From Patescibacteria group bacterium (GTDB lineage: Bacteria; Patescibacteriota; Microgenomatia; UBA1400; PJMF01), in the NCBI GenBank assembly GCA_016861205.1, contig BOKX01000001.1, forward strand, positions 72,539 to 136,538: 64,000 bases of DNA, read 5' to 3'. The stretch's first letter is position 1. Each line of letters starts with the position of its first letter. Positions 36,317 through 46,307 of the stretch are shown in pieces. The notes under the pieces were generated by a model. The model saw nothing but the letters and a program-made list of their open reading frames with translations, had not been told where the DNA came from and ran no database searches. Position numbers and translations under genes: made by a program.

Positions 36317-37358
36317 CTTCGTCCTCAAACTCATCGTCCACTTCGATGATCGGCAGTTGCTGCCGGTAGACTTCAGGTGGAGTAACACCCAACCGTTCTT
36401 GTAAATAAGCGTTGAGGTGTTGCTGCGAGCCTTCGCTCATCATGAACATAATCAGTTGAATGGCCACCACAGGATCGTTAGCTAGTGTTTCAATAACGGC
36501 GGCTGAGGTACTTTCAATGAGCGGTTGGTCATGGTCGGTGTACATAATTATGTCACCGGCTGGCAAGAAACCTTCTTCATAGGCAGCCGCCTGAATTTTT
36601 GGGTCAGTTAAATTATTGACGAGAGCATGTAGCTGTGGCAAAAGTGCCTGGCGAGCAGCGGCATTATCGAGTACTGCTAGGACACTATGATAGAGACTTT
36701 GGACATCACCGTTGGGATAGAGCCACTGATGAAGAAGGTGAGACTTTTCAACTACTAAGATAGCAGTCTCGTAGTGCTCGCCCGTAACACCTAAGCTGTG
36801 TGCAGCTCGATCAAAGCAAGTACAAGCCATGTCAGGTTTTTGGTCATTTTTTCGCAAAGCCGCCAATACCAACTTAAACAAACCTTGAATAAGAGTGGCT
36901 ATACAAGCTTCGCGGTTACCGTCGAACAAATCTAGAACAGTAATGGTTACTCCATCTTTGTCAGTGACTGGCAGTTCCATCTGTGTGGCTGCATTTACTC
37001 GTGCCACAATTTCACTCGTTTTTAAAAAACCATCTTTTTCAGTGAATAAACCTAAACTCAAGACTAAGGTGATCGCACGACTCTCATAGGCCTGGTTGAT
37101 GAGTTGTTCAGCCCAGTTTTCCAGAGCGCCTTGATCGACATTGAGTTCCATCATTGGCAAGTTGTTTTCTGGGCCAACAGTCTCGCGGATGCGAGCTTTT
37201 TCTTGGGCAGTGAATTGCCCGGCTCCAGCTAAGATGGTAACTGTCCCATCGTTATTGAGACGAATATGTGGCCCAACTGGAGTGGGAATTGCAAAGTGAT
37301 CGGGAGATAAAACGAAGTGAGGATTTGGTTCTTGTTCGAGAAATTTGGTTAATGACAT
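36306..37358 (-). CDS. hypothetical protein with acidic tail
   Basis: 350-aa ORF, no motif recognised. Confidence 0.65.
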   Translation of the reverse strand: MSLTKFLEQEPNPHFVLSPDHFAIPTPVGPHIRLNNDGTVTILAGAGQFTAQEKARIRETVGPENNLPMMELNVDQGALENWAEQLINQAYESRAITLVLSLGLFTEKDGFLKTSEIVARVNAATQMELPVTDKDGVTITVLDLFDGNREACIATLIQGLFKLVLAALRKNDQKPDMACTCFDRAAHSLGVTGEHYETAILVVEKSHLLHQWLYPNGDVQSLYHSVLAVLDNAAARQALLPQLHALVNNLTDPKIQAAAYEEGFLPAGDIIMYTDHDQPLIESTSAAVIETLANDPVVAIQLIMFMMSEGSQQHLNAYLQERLGVTPPEVYRQQLPIIEVDDEFEDEDGQ

Positions 37359-37451
37359 AGGCCAGGTTGGTCACTGATTAATTTATTATAAGATGGGTAT
37401 TATACCCTATCGTTATCGAGTGACTTCCCTGGCCTAGTAGGTATCAGAGCT

Positions 37452-37800
37452 TTATCGTGTCCATCTCATCATTAATTGGCCGATCACTACGTTTTGAGCA
37501 GTGACACTGCCATCTTGATTCTGTGGACCAAAAGCAGTGATTTGATCACCAACTTTCAAGCTAGACTTAGCAGCTTCACTAGCTTGAGTATAAGCGGTTT
37601 GGTCTGTGACGAGCACGATTTTAGTGCTGCCGTCACTTAACTTCACCGTCACACTCGTCTCATCCTGATTGATGATTTCTCCAGCGATGGGGCCGTTGCC
37701 CATCATGCCCATGCCACCACGAACGCCGGTGCCAAATGCCCCATTTGGGTTATTCTGGCCGCGAGCAGCAACAAAACGGGCCCCTGAGGAAATCTGAAAG
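37452..37800 (-). pseudogene. 5'-truncated DUF5666-like gene
   Basis: GEII..DETSVTVKLSDGSTKIVLV, LKVGD, DGSVTAQNV; frame open upstream through a Gly-rich linker but lacks start and TM anchor. Confidence 0.6.
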
Positions 37801-37804
37801 TCAG

Positions 37805-38287
37805 TTACTCTTCAATGGTGAACTCGATGAGTTCATTGCCTTTTTCGTACACAGCCGAGTATGACACCACGTGGTCATTGTCGCTAAAAATATGGTCGGC
37901 TGCCTGTTTGATCTCAGCAAGCAAATTATCGAGTTTGACAATCTCAGCTGGAGTCAACCATCGTAGCTCACCATCGGCCGGGTCTTGTATGACCTCGCCA
38001 CTGGCCCAGTCTGCCATCACAAAATTGAAAAAAACCTCCTGATCGAGGTCTTTGAGATAGGCGTTGCCAACCACTTTGACTTTTAAATTTTTGATTTCCA
38101 AGCCAGTCTCTTCACGAATTTCTCGCCGAGCGGCCGCAAACAAACCTTCGTTGAACTCCCGTTTGCCACCTGGAGCCATCCAGACACCCGGCATGATTCT
38201 TTTGTCGGGGTTGCGGTGAAGCATCAGGTACTTACCATCTTTTTTAACAAAACACTCGAGTGTGACAATGATGTGGCGATCAGACAT
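37805..38287 (-). CDS. Nudix hydrolase
   Basis: PGGKREFNEGLFAAARREIREETG; ATG 38287 behind TATAAT. Confidence 0.9.
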   Translation of the reverse strand: MSDRHIIVTLECFVKKDGKYLMLHRNPDKRIMPGVWMAPGGKREFNEGLFAAARREIREETGLEIKNLKVKVVGNAYLKDLDQEVFFNFVMADWASGEVIQDPADGELRWLTPAEIVKLDNLLAEIKQAADHIFSDNDHVVSYSAVYEKGNELIEFTIEE

Positions 38288-38362
38288 GGGGTCATTATAC
38301 ACATTGGCAGTGGTGACAACTTCTGATTGCATTTGTCTGAACTGTAGTAGAATTGGAGGGTT

Positions 38363-39211
38363 ATGTCACTTGATCCTGCTCGTCTCAGAATTGTTACCTA
38401 CAACATTCTTTTCTCCCGTAATGCCAGCCAAATTATTCAAAACTTAGTTAAACTGGCTCGGGCTGGGGTAGATGTCTTCTGTTTGCAAGAAGTAACGCAC
38501 TTCGATGATCGGCCATTTATTATTGATGAGCTACTGACGCAGCTCAACTCAAATGGTGAAACCTGGGCTGCTACTGGACATTTGGGTGAAGAGCGAACGC
38601 GCCTCGGTATGGGTACGTATTTAGTTTGGAACACGGCCCGTTTGCAACTCACCTCAGAGGCAAAGTTTGAACTTCCCAAGCGCGAAAAACTTCATTTTCA
38701 TGAGTGGCTGTTTGCCAAAGTCATGGGTGGAGCTGGTGTCTCGTACCAGCGTCGTTCCACCACTGGCCAGTTCACCTTCCAAGGTCAGCCGATTCGGATT
38801 TCTAGTTTGCACTTAGATCACATTGGTGGGATTCCCAATCGGCAGAATCAACTGAAGTTTTTCCTGAAACAGCTGGACACCCTACCCGCTTGCTCCACTG
38901 ACATTATTGCCGGCGACTTTAACAGTTTTGACTTACTCAAAACCAAGCAAGAACTCAAGGCTATCACGGCCACGTTGGGACCGCAGTTTATTGATGCAGC
39001 CGCGCAGATCCCCTGGACAGGCGATTTGTATGACGTTGATCTCTCGACCGCTTGGCCAATCACCAAGTTTGCGATCCGGGTGCTACACATTCATATCCAA
39101 CGTAAGCTGGACTACTTATGGGTTAAAGGCTGGTCAGTGAAACACTGCGAAAAAGTGCAGGCAACTGGTTCGGACCACTCGCCGCTGGTGGCGGAGTTGG
39201 AGTTGTTGTAG
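38363..39211 (+). CDS. endonuclease/exonuclease/phosphatase (EEP) family protein
   Basis: TYNI, LQEV, HLD, AGDFN, LDYL, SDHSP. Confidence 0.92.
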   Translation: MSLDPARLRIVTYNILFSRNASQIIQNLVKLARAGVDVFCLQEVTHFDDRPFIIDELLTQLNSNGETWAATGHLGEERTRLGMGTYLVWNTARLQLTSEAKFELPKREKLHFHEWLFAKVMGGAGVSYQRRSTTGQFTFQGQPIRISSLHLDHIGGIPNRQNQLKFFLKQLDTLPACSTDIIAGDFNSFDLLKTKQELKAITATLGPQFIDAAAQIPWTGDLYDVDLSTAWPITKFAIRVLHIHIQRKLDYLWVKGWSVKHCEKVQATGSDHSPLVAELELL

Positions 39212-39212
39212 C

Positions 39213-39716
39213 TCATTGAGAGAGTAGCTCTAGATATTCATCAAAGTCTTTTTCGAAGGCAACATGCAGTTGAGTTTCAGGTTTATCGTTCTCATGAGAA
39301 TGTTCTTTAAGAAAGGTGTGAATTGTTTCAAGAGTTTTCACTTGTTTCTCTCGTGCTCGGCACATTTCGGTGACCTTAATTGCTAGCTGGTAGAGTTCGT
39401 TTTGAGAGACGTTTAGTTCATAACCATTAATACTTAACATCAGTAACAATCCCATAGTTGCTAATCTTTTATTACCATTTGTCGGTAAAATGTGGTTCTC
39501 GATCAGAAGAAAAAAAGTCAAAGCTGTTTTTTCAAACAATGTATCAGAAAAGCTGGCTTTCTTTGGTCGTTGAAACGGGGCAGCCAACGATGCATGGAGC
39601 TTACTCAGGTTACAGACGGAAAAGGCATCTACCGGTTCGTCAGTCCGCAAATTCTGTCTTAAAAAATCAATAATCGTATGAATGGCTAAAGGGGTTAAAC
39701 CAATAACCCTACGCAT
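39213..39716 (-). CDS. Fic/Doc-family toxin
   Basis: LFEKTA, NHILPTNGNKRLA, INGYEL. Confidence 0.85.
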   Translation of the reverse strand: MRRVIGLTPLAIHTIIDFLRQNLRTDEPVDAFSVCNLSKLHASLAAPFQRPKKASFSDTLFEKTALTFFLLIENHILPTNGNKRLATMGLLLMLSINGYELNVSQNELYQLAIKVTEMCRAREKQVKTLETIHTFLKEHSHENDKPETQLHVAFEKDFDEYLELLSQ

Positions 39717-39858
39717 TTCTCAGCTGTGAGCTGTCACCCAGCATTTCAAATGTTTTTTTGAATTGCAGAAAGAGACTTTTGGTTTTAGTTTGATACAGCT
39801 TGCGAAGTTCGGCGGGTTTCTGTGCAGCTCGTTTTTTTGTTACAGATTTCATTTTCAT
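39709..39858 (-). CDS. 49-aa putative antitoxin (below ORF-track cutoff)
   Basis: MKMKSVTKKRAAQKPAELRKLYQTKTKSLFLQFKKTFEMLGDSSQLRNA fills the gap exactly and overlaps the Doc start. Confidence 0.6.
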   Translation of the reverse strand: MKMKSVTKKRAAQKPAELRKLYQTKTKSLFLQFKKTFEMLGDSSQLRNA

Positions 39859-40503
39859 TCATATTGATTCTAGCATATTTGCTAGCTTTTCAGCGATAAG
39901 TTTATGACTCACGCTATCGAGATGATAGCCATCAATTAAGCTTGGTTGAGCTATCTTGGCCAGGTCAAGAAAATGGCATTTCTCAACTTCAGCAACTTGT
40001 TGCAACAAAGCCCCGAGGGCTTGCGATTTCTGACCGGCACCGAGGTATTTGTCTGTGACTCCTGGAACAGTTTCATCAATCAAAGGTGGTGACAGCAAAA
40101 CAACAACTGGTGGCTGCCCATCAGAGTTAACCGCAAACTCGCGGATGCGGCGAATTAAACCTTGGACACTAGCAGCAACTTGCTGGGGTGTTCGGTTAAA
40201 GCGGGCTTTTAAATCATTGGTGCCGAGGGCAAGTAGCACGATATCAATGGGGTTGTGGGTTTCTAAACAAGGTCGCAGATAGGTCGCCCCATTTCGGTCT
40301 GGTCGTTGATCGTCATCAAGATCGGTAGTTCGAGCGCTCAAACCTTCTTCAATAACTTCATACGACTCGCCAAGTTTTCGTTGAAGCTGGCCAGTCCAAC
40401 GCACATCAGCTGGATAGCGGACACCCGAGCTGACTGGATTTCGTCCCCAGGTATTTGAGTCGCCGTAGCAGAGAATACGGATGGCGGTGGGATTGAAGTT
40501 CAT
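39859..40503 (-). CDS. SGNH/GDSL hydrolase
   Basis: GDSNTWG, EEGLSART, LGTND, DGYH. Confidence 0.92.
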   Translation of the reverse strand: MNFNPTAIRILCYGDSNTWGRNPVSSGVRYPADVRWTGQLQRKLGESYEVIEEGLSARTTDLDDDQRPDRNGATYLRPCLETHNPIDIVLLALGTNDLKARFNRTPQQVAASVQGLIRRIREFAVNSDGQPPVVVLLSPPLIDETVPGVTDKYLGAGQKSQALGALLQQVAEVEKCHFLDLAKIAQPSLIDGYHLDSVSHKLIAEKLANMLESI

Positions 40504-40614
40504 AAGTGAATTGTAACGCATCGAAGATTGGAACTGTCACAAAAGGCAGTTTGGTTGTACAGCGAAAACGTGGTATGGTTTACAGCAAATAAATGATTTT
40601 CGAGAGGATCGCAC

Positions 40615-41169
40615 ATGGTTTCAGAAATTTTTTCCCGACTTGCAGAAGAAAATGAAGCTTGGTGGTCACGGCGCGTATCCGCTAGCCAGCCAGAACAGCA
40701 GCCAACTCAGCAGGTAAAAATTGAGACGATGCTAAAACCAGCGATTGCAGAACTACAAACTGTCATGCTCGATGCAGCCATGGCTATCAAAACCGCAGAT
40801 GTGGCTATCAAGAGACAAGTTATTCAACAGTTGATGGAAAGATGCCCCGTGGCGTTTGTTTCTGACATGCCCGAAGATAATCCAACGAACTTACTACATA
40901 CGGGTGGACAGTGGGAGATTCAAGCCGATGCCAAGTTTCAAATGCCGGACCAGTACGACACTTTTATTAGAGAGTTAGTGCATGAGCTTGGCGCAATGCT
41001 GATCTTGGAAAAAATGCAGACACTCAGGGAAAAACAAGGTGAACAAATTGATCTAAACGACCAAGAACAACTCTATCAGCTCAAAGCTGATCTGGTTTTT
41101 GATAACAAATTTAGTTTGACGCATCTTATCGATCGTTTGCTAGAAGAGCTGGTCGTGTCGTTGCCGTGA
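40615..41169 (+). CDS. hypothetical protein (LVHELGA zincin-like remnant)
   Basis: GAGGA RBS, 184 aa. Confidence 0.6.
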   Translation: MVSEIFSRLAEENEAWWSRRVSASQPEQQPTQQVKIETMLKPAIAELQTVMLDAAMAIKTADVAIKRQVIQQLMERCPVAFVSDMPEDNPTNLLHTGGQWEIQADAKFQMPDQYDTFIRELVHELGAMLILEKMQTLREKQGEQIDLNDQEQLYQLKADLVFDNKFSLTHLIDRLLEELVVSLP

Positions 41170-41203
41170 GCACGACCAAAACTGTGTTACGATTCAGCTA
41201 TCT

Positions 41204-42241
41204 ATGGCCCAGTTCCCCATCTCCAGCAACCTCTTTTTTTTGTACGGTTACTCAGGCTCTGGTAAAAGCTCGCTGGGTCGCGAGTTGCAGATTGTGTTCA
41301 AGGATCGTGGCTACCAAGTTTTAAGTTTGTCATCTGGAGATTTGTTCCGATCTGCGATGGCCGATCCAGTTATTGCTGAGCAGATGAAAGCCGGTCAGTT
41401 CATTGAGAGCCTGGATGCTATCCAGCCGCAAATCAAAGCTGCATTTGCTAAGTTCTTTAGGTTATTTGAAGAAACCGACGGCCAGATAGTCATGATCTTA
41501 GATGGCCTAATTCGTCGGTCTGGGTTTACCAATGCAGAAGGAACATGGATTCCATCACAAGTCGACCAAGTAGCTTCGGCCTTAAGGTGGGCAGTGACTG
41601 AGCAGGAACAGGCTATCAGCTCTGCCGCAGCTCGACGTATTATTGAGTACTCAAGACATATTTTAGTTGATTTGACTCCCCAAGATGCTGAGCGACAATT
41701 GAAAGCTAGGACAAATCGAGCTTTGGATGTGGTATATAGCCAGCTCAAACAACGAGAAGCCAGTCATGGTTTGAGCCGAGAGTGGCGAGCTACTTTCGAT
41801 TATATTCACTATTTTTTTGCCAACAACTTGGACTTAGGGGCAGAAGAAAAAGCTGCGGTGGCCGAGTTACAGCGACTCATCGATGAGTATCACATTGAAA
41901 CCGAGTTGCGACTTGAGAATCTTGACCCAGCTGGTCGTCGCAAGTTGCTAAGCAATTTTTTGGGGCGGGACGCTGAAGGCGGTTTGGTGCCTGGACCTGG
42001 TGCTGAGGCTTTAATTAATGATCTGGGTTTTCAATTAACGCCTTGGGGTGAACTAACCACAGCTCGTGAAAATGCTGTGCGGATACCCAATGGTGAAAGT
42101 CGTGGCTATACCTTCGAAGTCTTTCTCGATCACTGCCGTCGGGAAGGTGCTCTCTTAGCACAAGAGACCAGTGAAACACTGCTAACGTTAAGTAGCTTGG
42201 AAGCCGAGCTGGGTGGCGGTTTAAAGGTGGAACGACGATGA
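41204..42241 (+). CDS. adenylate-kinase-like P-loop NMP kinase with large insertion
   Basis: GYSGSGKS, LSSGDLFR, ILDGLIR. Confidence 0.7.
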   Translation: MAQFPISSNLFFLYGYSGSGKSSLGRELQIVFKDRGYQVLSLSSGDLFRSAMADPVIAEQMKAGQFIESLDAIQPQIKAAFAKFFRLFEETDGQIVMILDGLIRRSGFTNAEGTWIPSQVDQVASALRWAVTEQEQAISSAAARRIIEYSRHILVDLTPQDAERQLKARTNRALDVVYSQLKQREASHGLSREWRATFDYIHYFFANNLDLGAEEKAAVAELQRLIDEYHIETELRLENLDPAGRRKLLSNFLGRDAEGGLVPGPGAEALINDLGFQLTPWGELTTARENAVRIPNGESRGYTFEVFLDHCRREGALLAQETSETLLTLSSLEAELGGGLKVERR

Positions 42242-43218
42242 GTGACCGAGTTCTCATCACGGGAGTGGCTGGTTTTGTGGGCAGCAACTTGGTGCGCGAA
42301 CTCCTGGCTAACACCAAAGCTGAAGTACATGGCTTGCTGCGGCCAAACACCAACACATGGCGTTTGAAAGATATAAACTCGGAGTCTCGTTTGCATCTGC
42401 ACCAGGTTGATTTACTCGATCGCGATGCCTTAGTGAAGGTTATTTCTCAGATTAAACCCACGGTGATTTACCACTTGGCGGCTCATGGGGCTTATCACTG
42501 GCAAACTGAGTTTGAACCAATTTTTACCACCAACGTGTTTGCAACGTGGTATCTGCATCAAGCATTAGCAGACCATTCCTACCGCGCCTTTATCAATGTG
42601 GGTAGTTCATCCGAGTATGGTTGGTCGACACAGCCGATGCGGGAAACTGATCGACTCAGTCCCAATAGTTTGTATGCCGTTGCCAAGGCTGCTCAGACAC
42701 AACTGGTAGGTTACTTGGGACAAGTGGAGCACAAACCGATACTCACTGTCAGATTGTTTTCGGTTTTCGGGCCGTATGAAGATCGAGGAAAATTGTGGCC
42801 GACAGTTTGGCAGTCTACTCTCACCCACCAGCCGCTCAAGCTGGCTGACCCGCAAGCGGCCCACGACTTTATTTACGTTGACGATGTGACAGCGGCGTTG
42901 AGACAACTGAGTCAGGCTGCTTTTAAGCCAGGTTCAGTTTTTAATTTGGGCACCGGTCGTCAAACAACTCTTGGTGAGGTAGCTGCGTGTGTGGAGCAAG
43001 TCGCTGGCCAAACCTTAGCAGTTGAGTGGTCGACCCATCCAGCACATCGATGGGATACCCATCACTGGGTAGCCAATCCGCGCCAGCTTCAGCGTTTACT
43101 TCACTGGAAACCACGGTATGATCTAACTACTGCTGCCCAAGCGTATTGGCGTTGGTTCCAAACCAACCATCATATCTATGACCACCACTTGCCGGCACCA
43201 GCCTCATCTGATTCCTAA
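42238..43218 (+). CDS. NAD-dependent epimerase/dehydratase
   Basis: ITGVAGFVG, GSSSEYG, YAVAK, DFIYVDD. Confidence 0.93.
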   Translation: MSDRVLITGVAGFVGSNLVRELLANTKAEVHGLLRPNTNTWRLKDINSESRLHLHQVDLLDRDALVKVISQIKPTVIYHLAAHGAYHWQTEFEPIFTTNVFATWYLHQALADHSYRAFINVGSSSEYGWSTQPMRETDRLSPNSLYAVAKAAQTQLVGYLGQVEHKPILTVRLFSVFGPYEDRGKLWPTVWQSTLTHQPLKLADPQAAHDFIYVDDVTAALRQLSQAAFKPGSVFNLGTGRQTTLGEVAACVEQVAGQTLAVEWSTHPAHRWDTHHWVANPRQLQRLLHWKPRYDLTTAAQAYWRWFQTNHHIYDHHLPAPASSDS

Positions 43219-44104
43219 TCCTTGTCCATTGTGCGGGAGTACACAGGTTCACCATTCAGAGATTTTGTATCCGGTGAACTTTCGTCCAGAACACCTGACA
43301 GCCACAACTTTTTCAGCCCGCCGGCTACCTGACAAGCTCCACTACCAACTAGTGAAATGTCAGCATGATGGGTTAGTTCGGTCTACCCCAATTTTGCCAG
43401 CCAAGGCTTTAGCGAAGCTTTACGAGCGCAGTCAGGTGACGTATCAACAAGAGGTGCCTTTTTTGCAAGCCACGTACATGCGTGCTTTACAGCCAGTCCT
43501 CACTATCTTGCCCAAATCGGCGCGGATTTTAGAGTTGGGCAGTGGTAATGGGTTTATGCTGGCTGCACTGCGCGAACAAGGATTCCGACAAGTGACTGGT
43601 ATTGAACCCAGCCGATCAGCGATTGCTCAGGCGCCAGCTGCCATCCGGCGACAGCTTATGAATGGTACTTTTGAATCGATCAAACTCAAAGCAAACAGTT
43701 TTGACCTTATTTTTATTTTGCAAACACTGGACCACTTGCCAGACCCCAATGCGGTTTTAGCCAAAGCATACCGACTATTGAAGCGAGGTGGCTACATCGT
43801 GACCTACCATCACAATATCGAAAGTTGGTCACATCGGCTGCTGCGTGAACGTCATCCGATTATCGATATCGAACACACCCATCTTTACTCACCCAAAACA
43901 ACGGCGGCTCTTTTTGAGGCCCAAGGTTTTATTGTCAAAAAAATCTGGTCACCAGCAAATGTACTATCACTCCAACACTTGGCCTGGTTGTTGCCGCTCC
44001 CAAAGTTTTTAAAGAAATGGTACTTAAATCAAAACTGGCCATGGTCGAGACTGTCGCTCACGCTACAATTGGGCAATACGGCGGCTATTGTTCAGAAGCC
44101 TTAG
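43178..44104 (+). CDS. class I SAM methyltransferase with N-terminal CxxC
   Basis: CPLCG, ILELGSGNG, TLDHLPDP. Confidence 0.88.
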   Translation: MTTTCRHQPHLIPNPCPLCGSTQVHHSEILYPVNFRPEHLTATTFSARRLPDKLHYQLVKCQHDGLVRSTPILPAKALAKLYERSQVTYQQEVPFLQATYMRALQPVLTILPKSARILELGSGNGFMLAALREQGFRQVTGIEPSRSAIAQAPAAIRRQLMNGTFESIKLKANSFDLIFILQTLDHLPDPNAVLAKAYRLLKRGGYIVTYHHNIESWSHRLLRERHPIIDIEHTHLYSPKTTAALFEAQGFIVKKIWSPANVLSLQHLAWLLPLPKFLKKWYLNQNWPWSRLSLTLQLGNTAAIVQKP

Positions 44105-44113
44105 GACACAGAC

Positions 44114-44866
44114 ATGCAATTTTCGCTTACCAATTTAACTGTGACGCAACGTCGTTGGCGACAGCGACTGCTGACAGTTAGCTTTGAACAAAAACTGTCC
44201 CATCTGGGATCTTGCCTTAGTTCATTGGACATCATCGGAGCTGTCTACTCTGTCAAAAAACCACATGACAGTTTTGTGTTATCAAACGGTCACGCTGCAT
44301 TTGCGTGGTATGTGATATTAGAAGACCACAAATTACTAAAATCTGATATCACCACGTTGAGTGTTCATCCTACCCGGGTTGAATGCCCAGCGATTTCAGT
44401 TTCAACTGGTAGTTTGGGTCACGGGTTGCCAATCGCAGTGGGGATGGCTTTAGCTAACCCACGCCAAACAATTTACTGCTTGGTCAGTGACGGTGAGTGT
44501 TATGAAGGTAGCATTTGGGAAGCGGTGAAAGTGATCACTGAACACAATGTGAAAAATCTCCAACTATTGGTGAATGCCAACGGCTGGGCTGCTTATCAAG
44601 CAACCAATAGTGAGCGATTAAAAAAACAGTTCAACGGTTTTGGAATGAAGGTTAAAACCTGCCAGGGTCATGATTGGCGCTCACTGATTCGGCAATTAAA
44701 ACTTGCGAAACCCTCACAATCAAACTCTATTCGTCCAGTACTTTTTTGCCAAACAACAGTTGAACAACTGCCTTTTTTGCATGGTCAGTCTGCTCATTAT
44801 CACGTCATGTCAGCTGCTGACTATGCCACGGCCACAACGTTACTGCTACCGAAAGGTGCCGTATGA
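44114..44866 (+). CDS. transketolase-like ThDP-binding N-terminal subunit
   Basis: SHLGSCLS, LSNGHA, STGSLGHG, SDGECYEG..N. Confidence 0.9.
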   Translation: MQFSLTNLTVTQRRWRQRLLTVSFEQKLSHLGSCLSSLDIIGAVYSVKKPHDSFVLSNGHAAFAWYVILEDHKLLKSDITTLSVHPTRVECPAISVSTGSLGHGLPIAVGMALANPRQTIYCLVSDGECYEGSIWEAVKVITEHNVKNLQLLVNANGWAAYQATNSERLKKQFNGFGMKVKTCQGHDWRSLIRQLKLAKPSQSNSIRPVLFCQTTVEQLPFLHGQSAHYHVMSAADYATATTLLLPKGAV

Positions 44867-45345
44867 ACTTGCGAGCTGAGTTTGCCAAACTTACCTTTGA
44901 TGCCATGGCTAGCGATCCCCGGGTTTGGGTGCTTACTGGTGATTTGGGATTTGGTGTGTGGGACAGCGTTCGCGATCGGTACCCGCGGCGGTTTTTAAAT
45001 GTCGGGGCGGCTGAGCAAGCCATGGTCGATATTGGGGTTGGCTTGGCTTTGCAAGGTCAGATTCCGATTATCTACTCAATTACCCCATTCGTGTTGTATC
45101 GACCGTTTGAGTCATTGCGGAACTATCTCCATCATGAGCAAATTCCGGTCAAACTAGTCGGTAGCGACCGAGATCGGGATTATGGCCACAACGGATTTTC
45201 ACACTGGGCCGAAGAAGACCAACACGTGTTAGCTACACTGCCAAACATTGCCACATTTCGGCCCAGCTCAGAACGTCAGTTGCAGACACAGTTCCGGAAG
45301 TTTATAACATCAACCAAATCTGCCTACCTGAACCTATGCCGGTAG
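44863..45345 (+). CDS. transketolase-like pyrimidine-binding subunit (no C-terminal domain)
   Basis: LTGDLG, RFLNVGAAEQAM, RPFESLR, GFSH. Confidence 0.88.
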   Translation: MNLRAEFAKLTFDAMASDPRVWVLTGDLGFGVWDSVRDRYPRRFLNVGAAEQAMVDIGVGLALQGQIPIIYSITPFVLYRPFESLRNYLHHEQIPVKLVGSDRDRDYGHNGFSHWAEEDQHVLATLPNIATFRPSSERQLQTQFRKFITSTKSAYLNLCR

Positions 45346-46307
45346 CGAGGACGTCCAAACCGTTTATTTCTGCAGTTGTTGCTTGTTATGGTGATGAGTT
45401 GGCGATTCCAATTATGTATCGTCGGTTGGTGCGGGTTTTTGAACTTGTTGGAGCTAAGTTTGAGATTATTTTTGTCAACGATGGTAGCCCCGATAACTCA
45501 CGATCAGTTATAGACGCACTGGCAAAAAAAGATCAGCATGTTGTTGGCGTTCATCACAGTCGGAATTTCGGATCGCAGCTGGCATTCAGCAGCGGTTTAG
45601 AACAGGCGCGCGGACAAGCAGTGGTGTTGCTAGATGGAGACTTGCAGGATCCGCCTGAGCTAATACCAACGATGATCGATCGGTGGCAAGCTGGTTATCA
45701 AGTAGTGTATGGCCAACGAGTTGACCGAGTTGCACCCTGGTACATGCGCTGGGCTTACAAACTTTTTTATCGAATTTTTCAACGCTTATCGTATGTGAGA
45801 GTTCCGGTTGATGCTGGTGATTTCTCACTGATGGATAGACAGGTTGTCGAAGTTTTACAACTGTTCCCAGAACGCGACAGATTTTTGCGAGGTTTGCGGG
45901 CATGGGTTGGTTTCCGACAGATAGGTGTCCCCTATGTTCGTTCTGACCGGGTGTTTGGTCACAGCACCAACAACTTGTTAAAAAATATTCAGTGGGCAAG
46001 CAAAGGCATTTTCTCGTTTTCATTTGTGCCACTGCAGCTGATAACTTGGTTGTCGCTGGTTACATTCTGTATTTCACTCGCCGGCATCGTGGTGCAAGTC
46101 GTTTTACGATGGCTATTGCCTGACACACCACACGGGATTACAACCGTGATTGTGGTAGTTATGTTTTTGGGTGCAATACAACTGCTTGGAATTAGTGTGC
46201 TTGGCGAGTATATCGGCCGAATTTTTGAAGAAGTTAAACAACGACCGCGATTCGTGGTGGAGAAAGTGACACGCCATGGGCGTTCGACTCACCGCCCCAA
46301 CCGCTAA
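45336..46307 (+). CDS. GT2 polyprenol-phosphate glycosyltransferase (GtrB-like)
   Basis: VNDGSPD, SRNFG, LDGDLQDPP, GDFSLMDR, two C-terminal TM. Confidence 0.92.
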   Translation: MPVARTSKPFISAVVACYGDELAIPIMYRRLVRVFELVGAKFEIIFVNDGSPDNSRSVIDALAKKDQHVVGVHHSRNFGSQLAFSSGLEQARGQAVVLLDGDLQDPPELIPTMIDRWQAGYQVVYGQRVDRVAPWYMRWAYKLFYRIFQRLSYVRVPVDAGDFSLMDRQVVEVLQLFPERDRFLRGLRAWVGFRQIGVPYVRSDRVFGHSTNNLLKNIQWASKGIFSFSFVPLQLITWLSLVTFCISLAGIVVQVVLRWLLPDTPHGITTVIVVVMFLGAIQLLGISVLGEYIGRIFEEVKQRPRFVVEKVTRHGRSTHRPNR

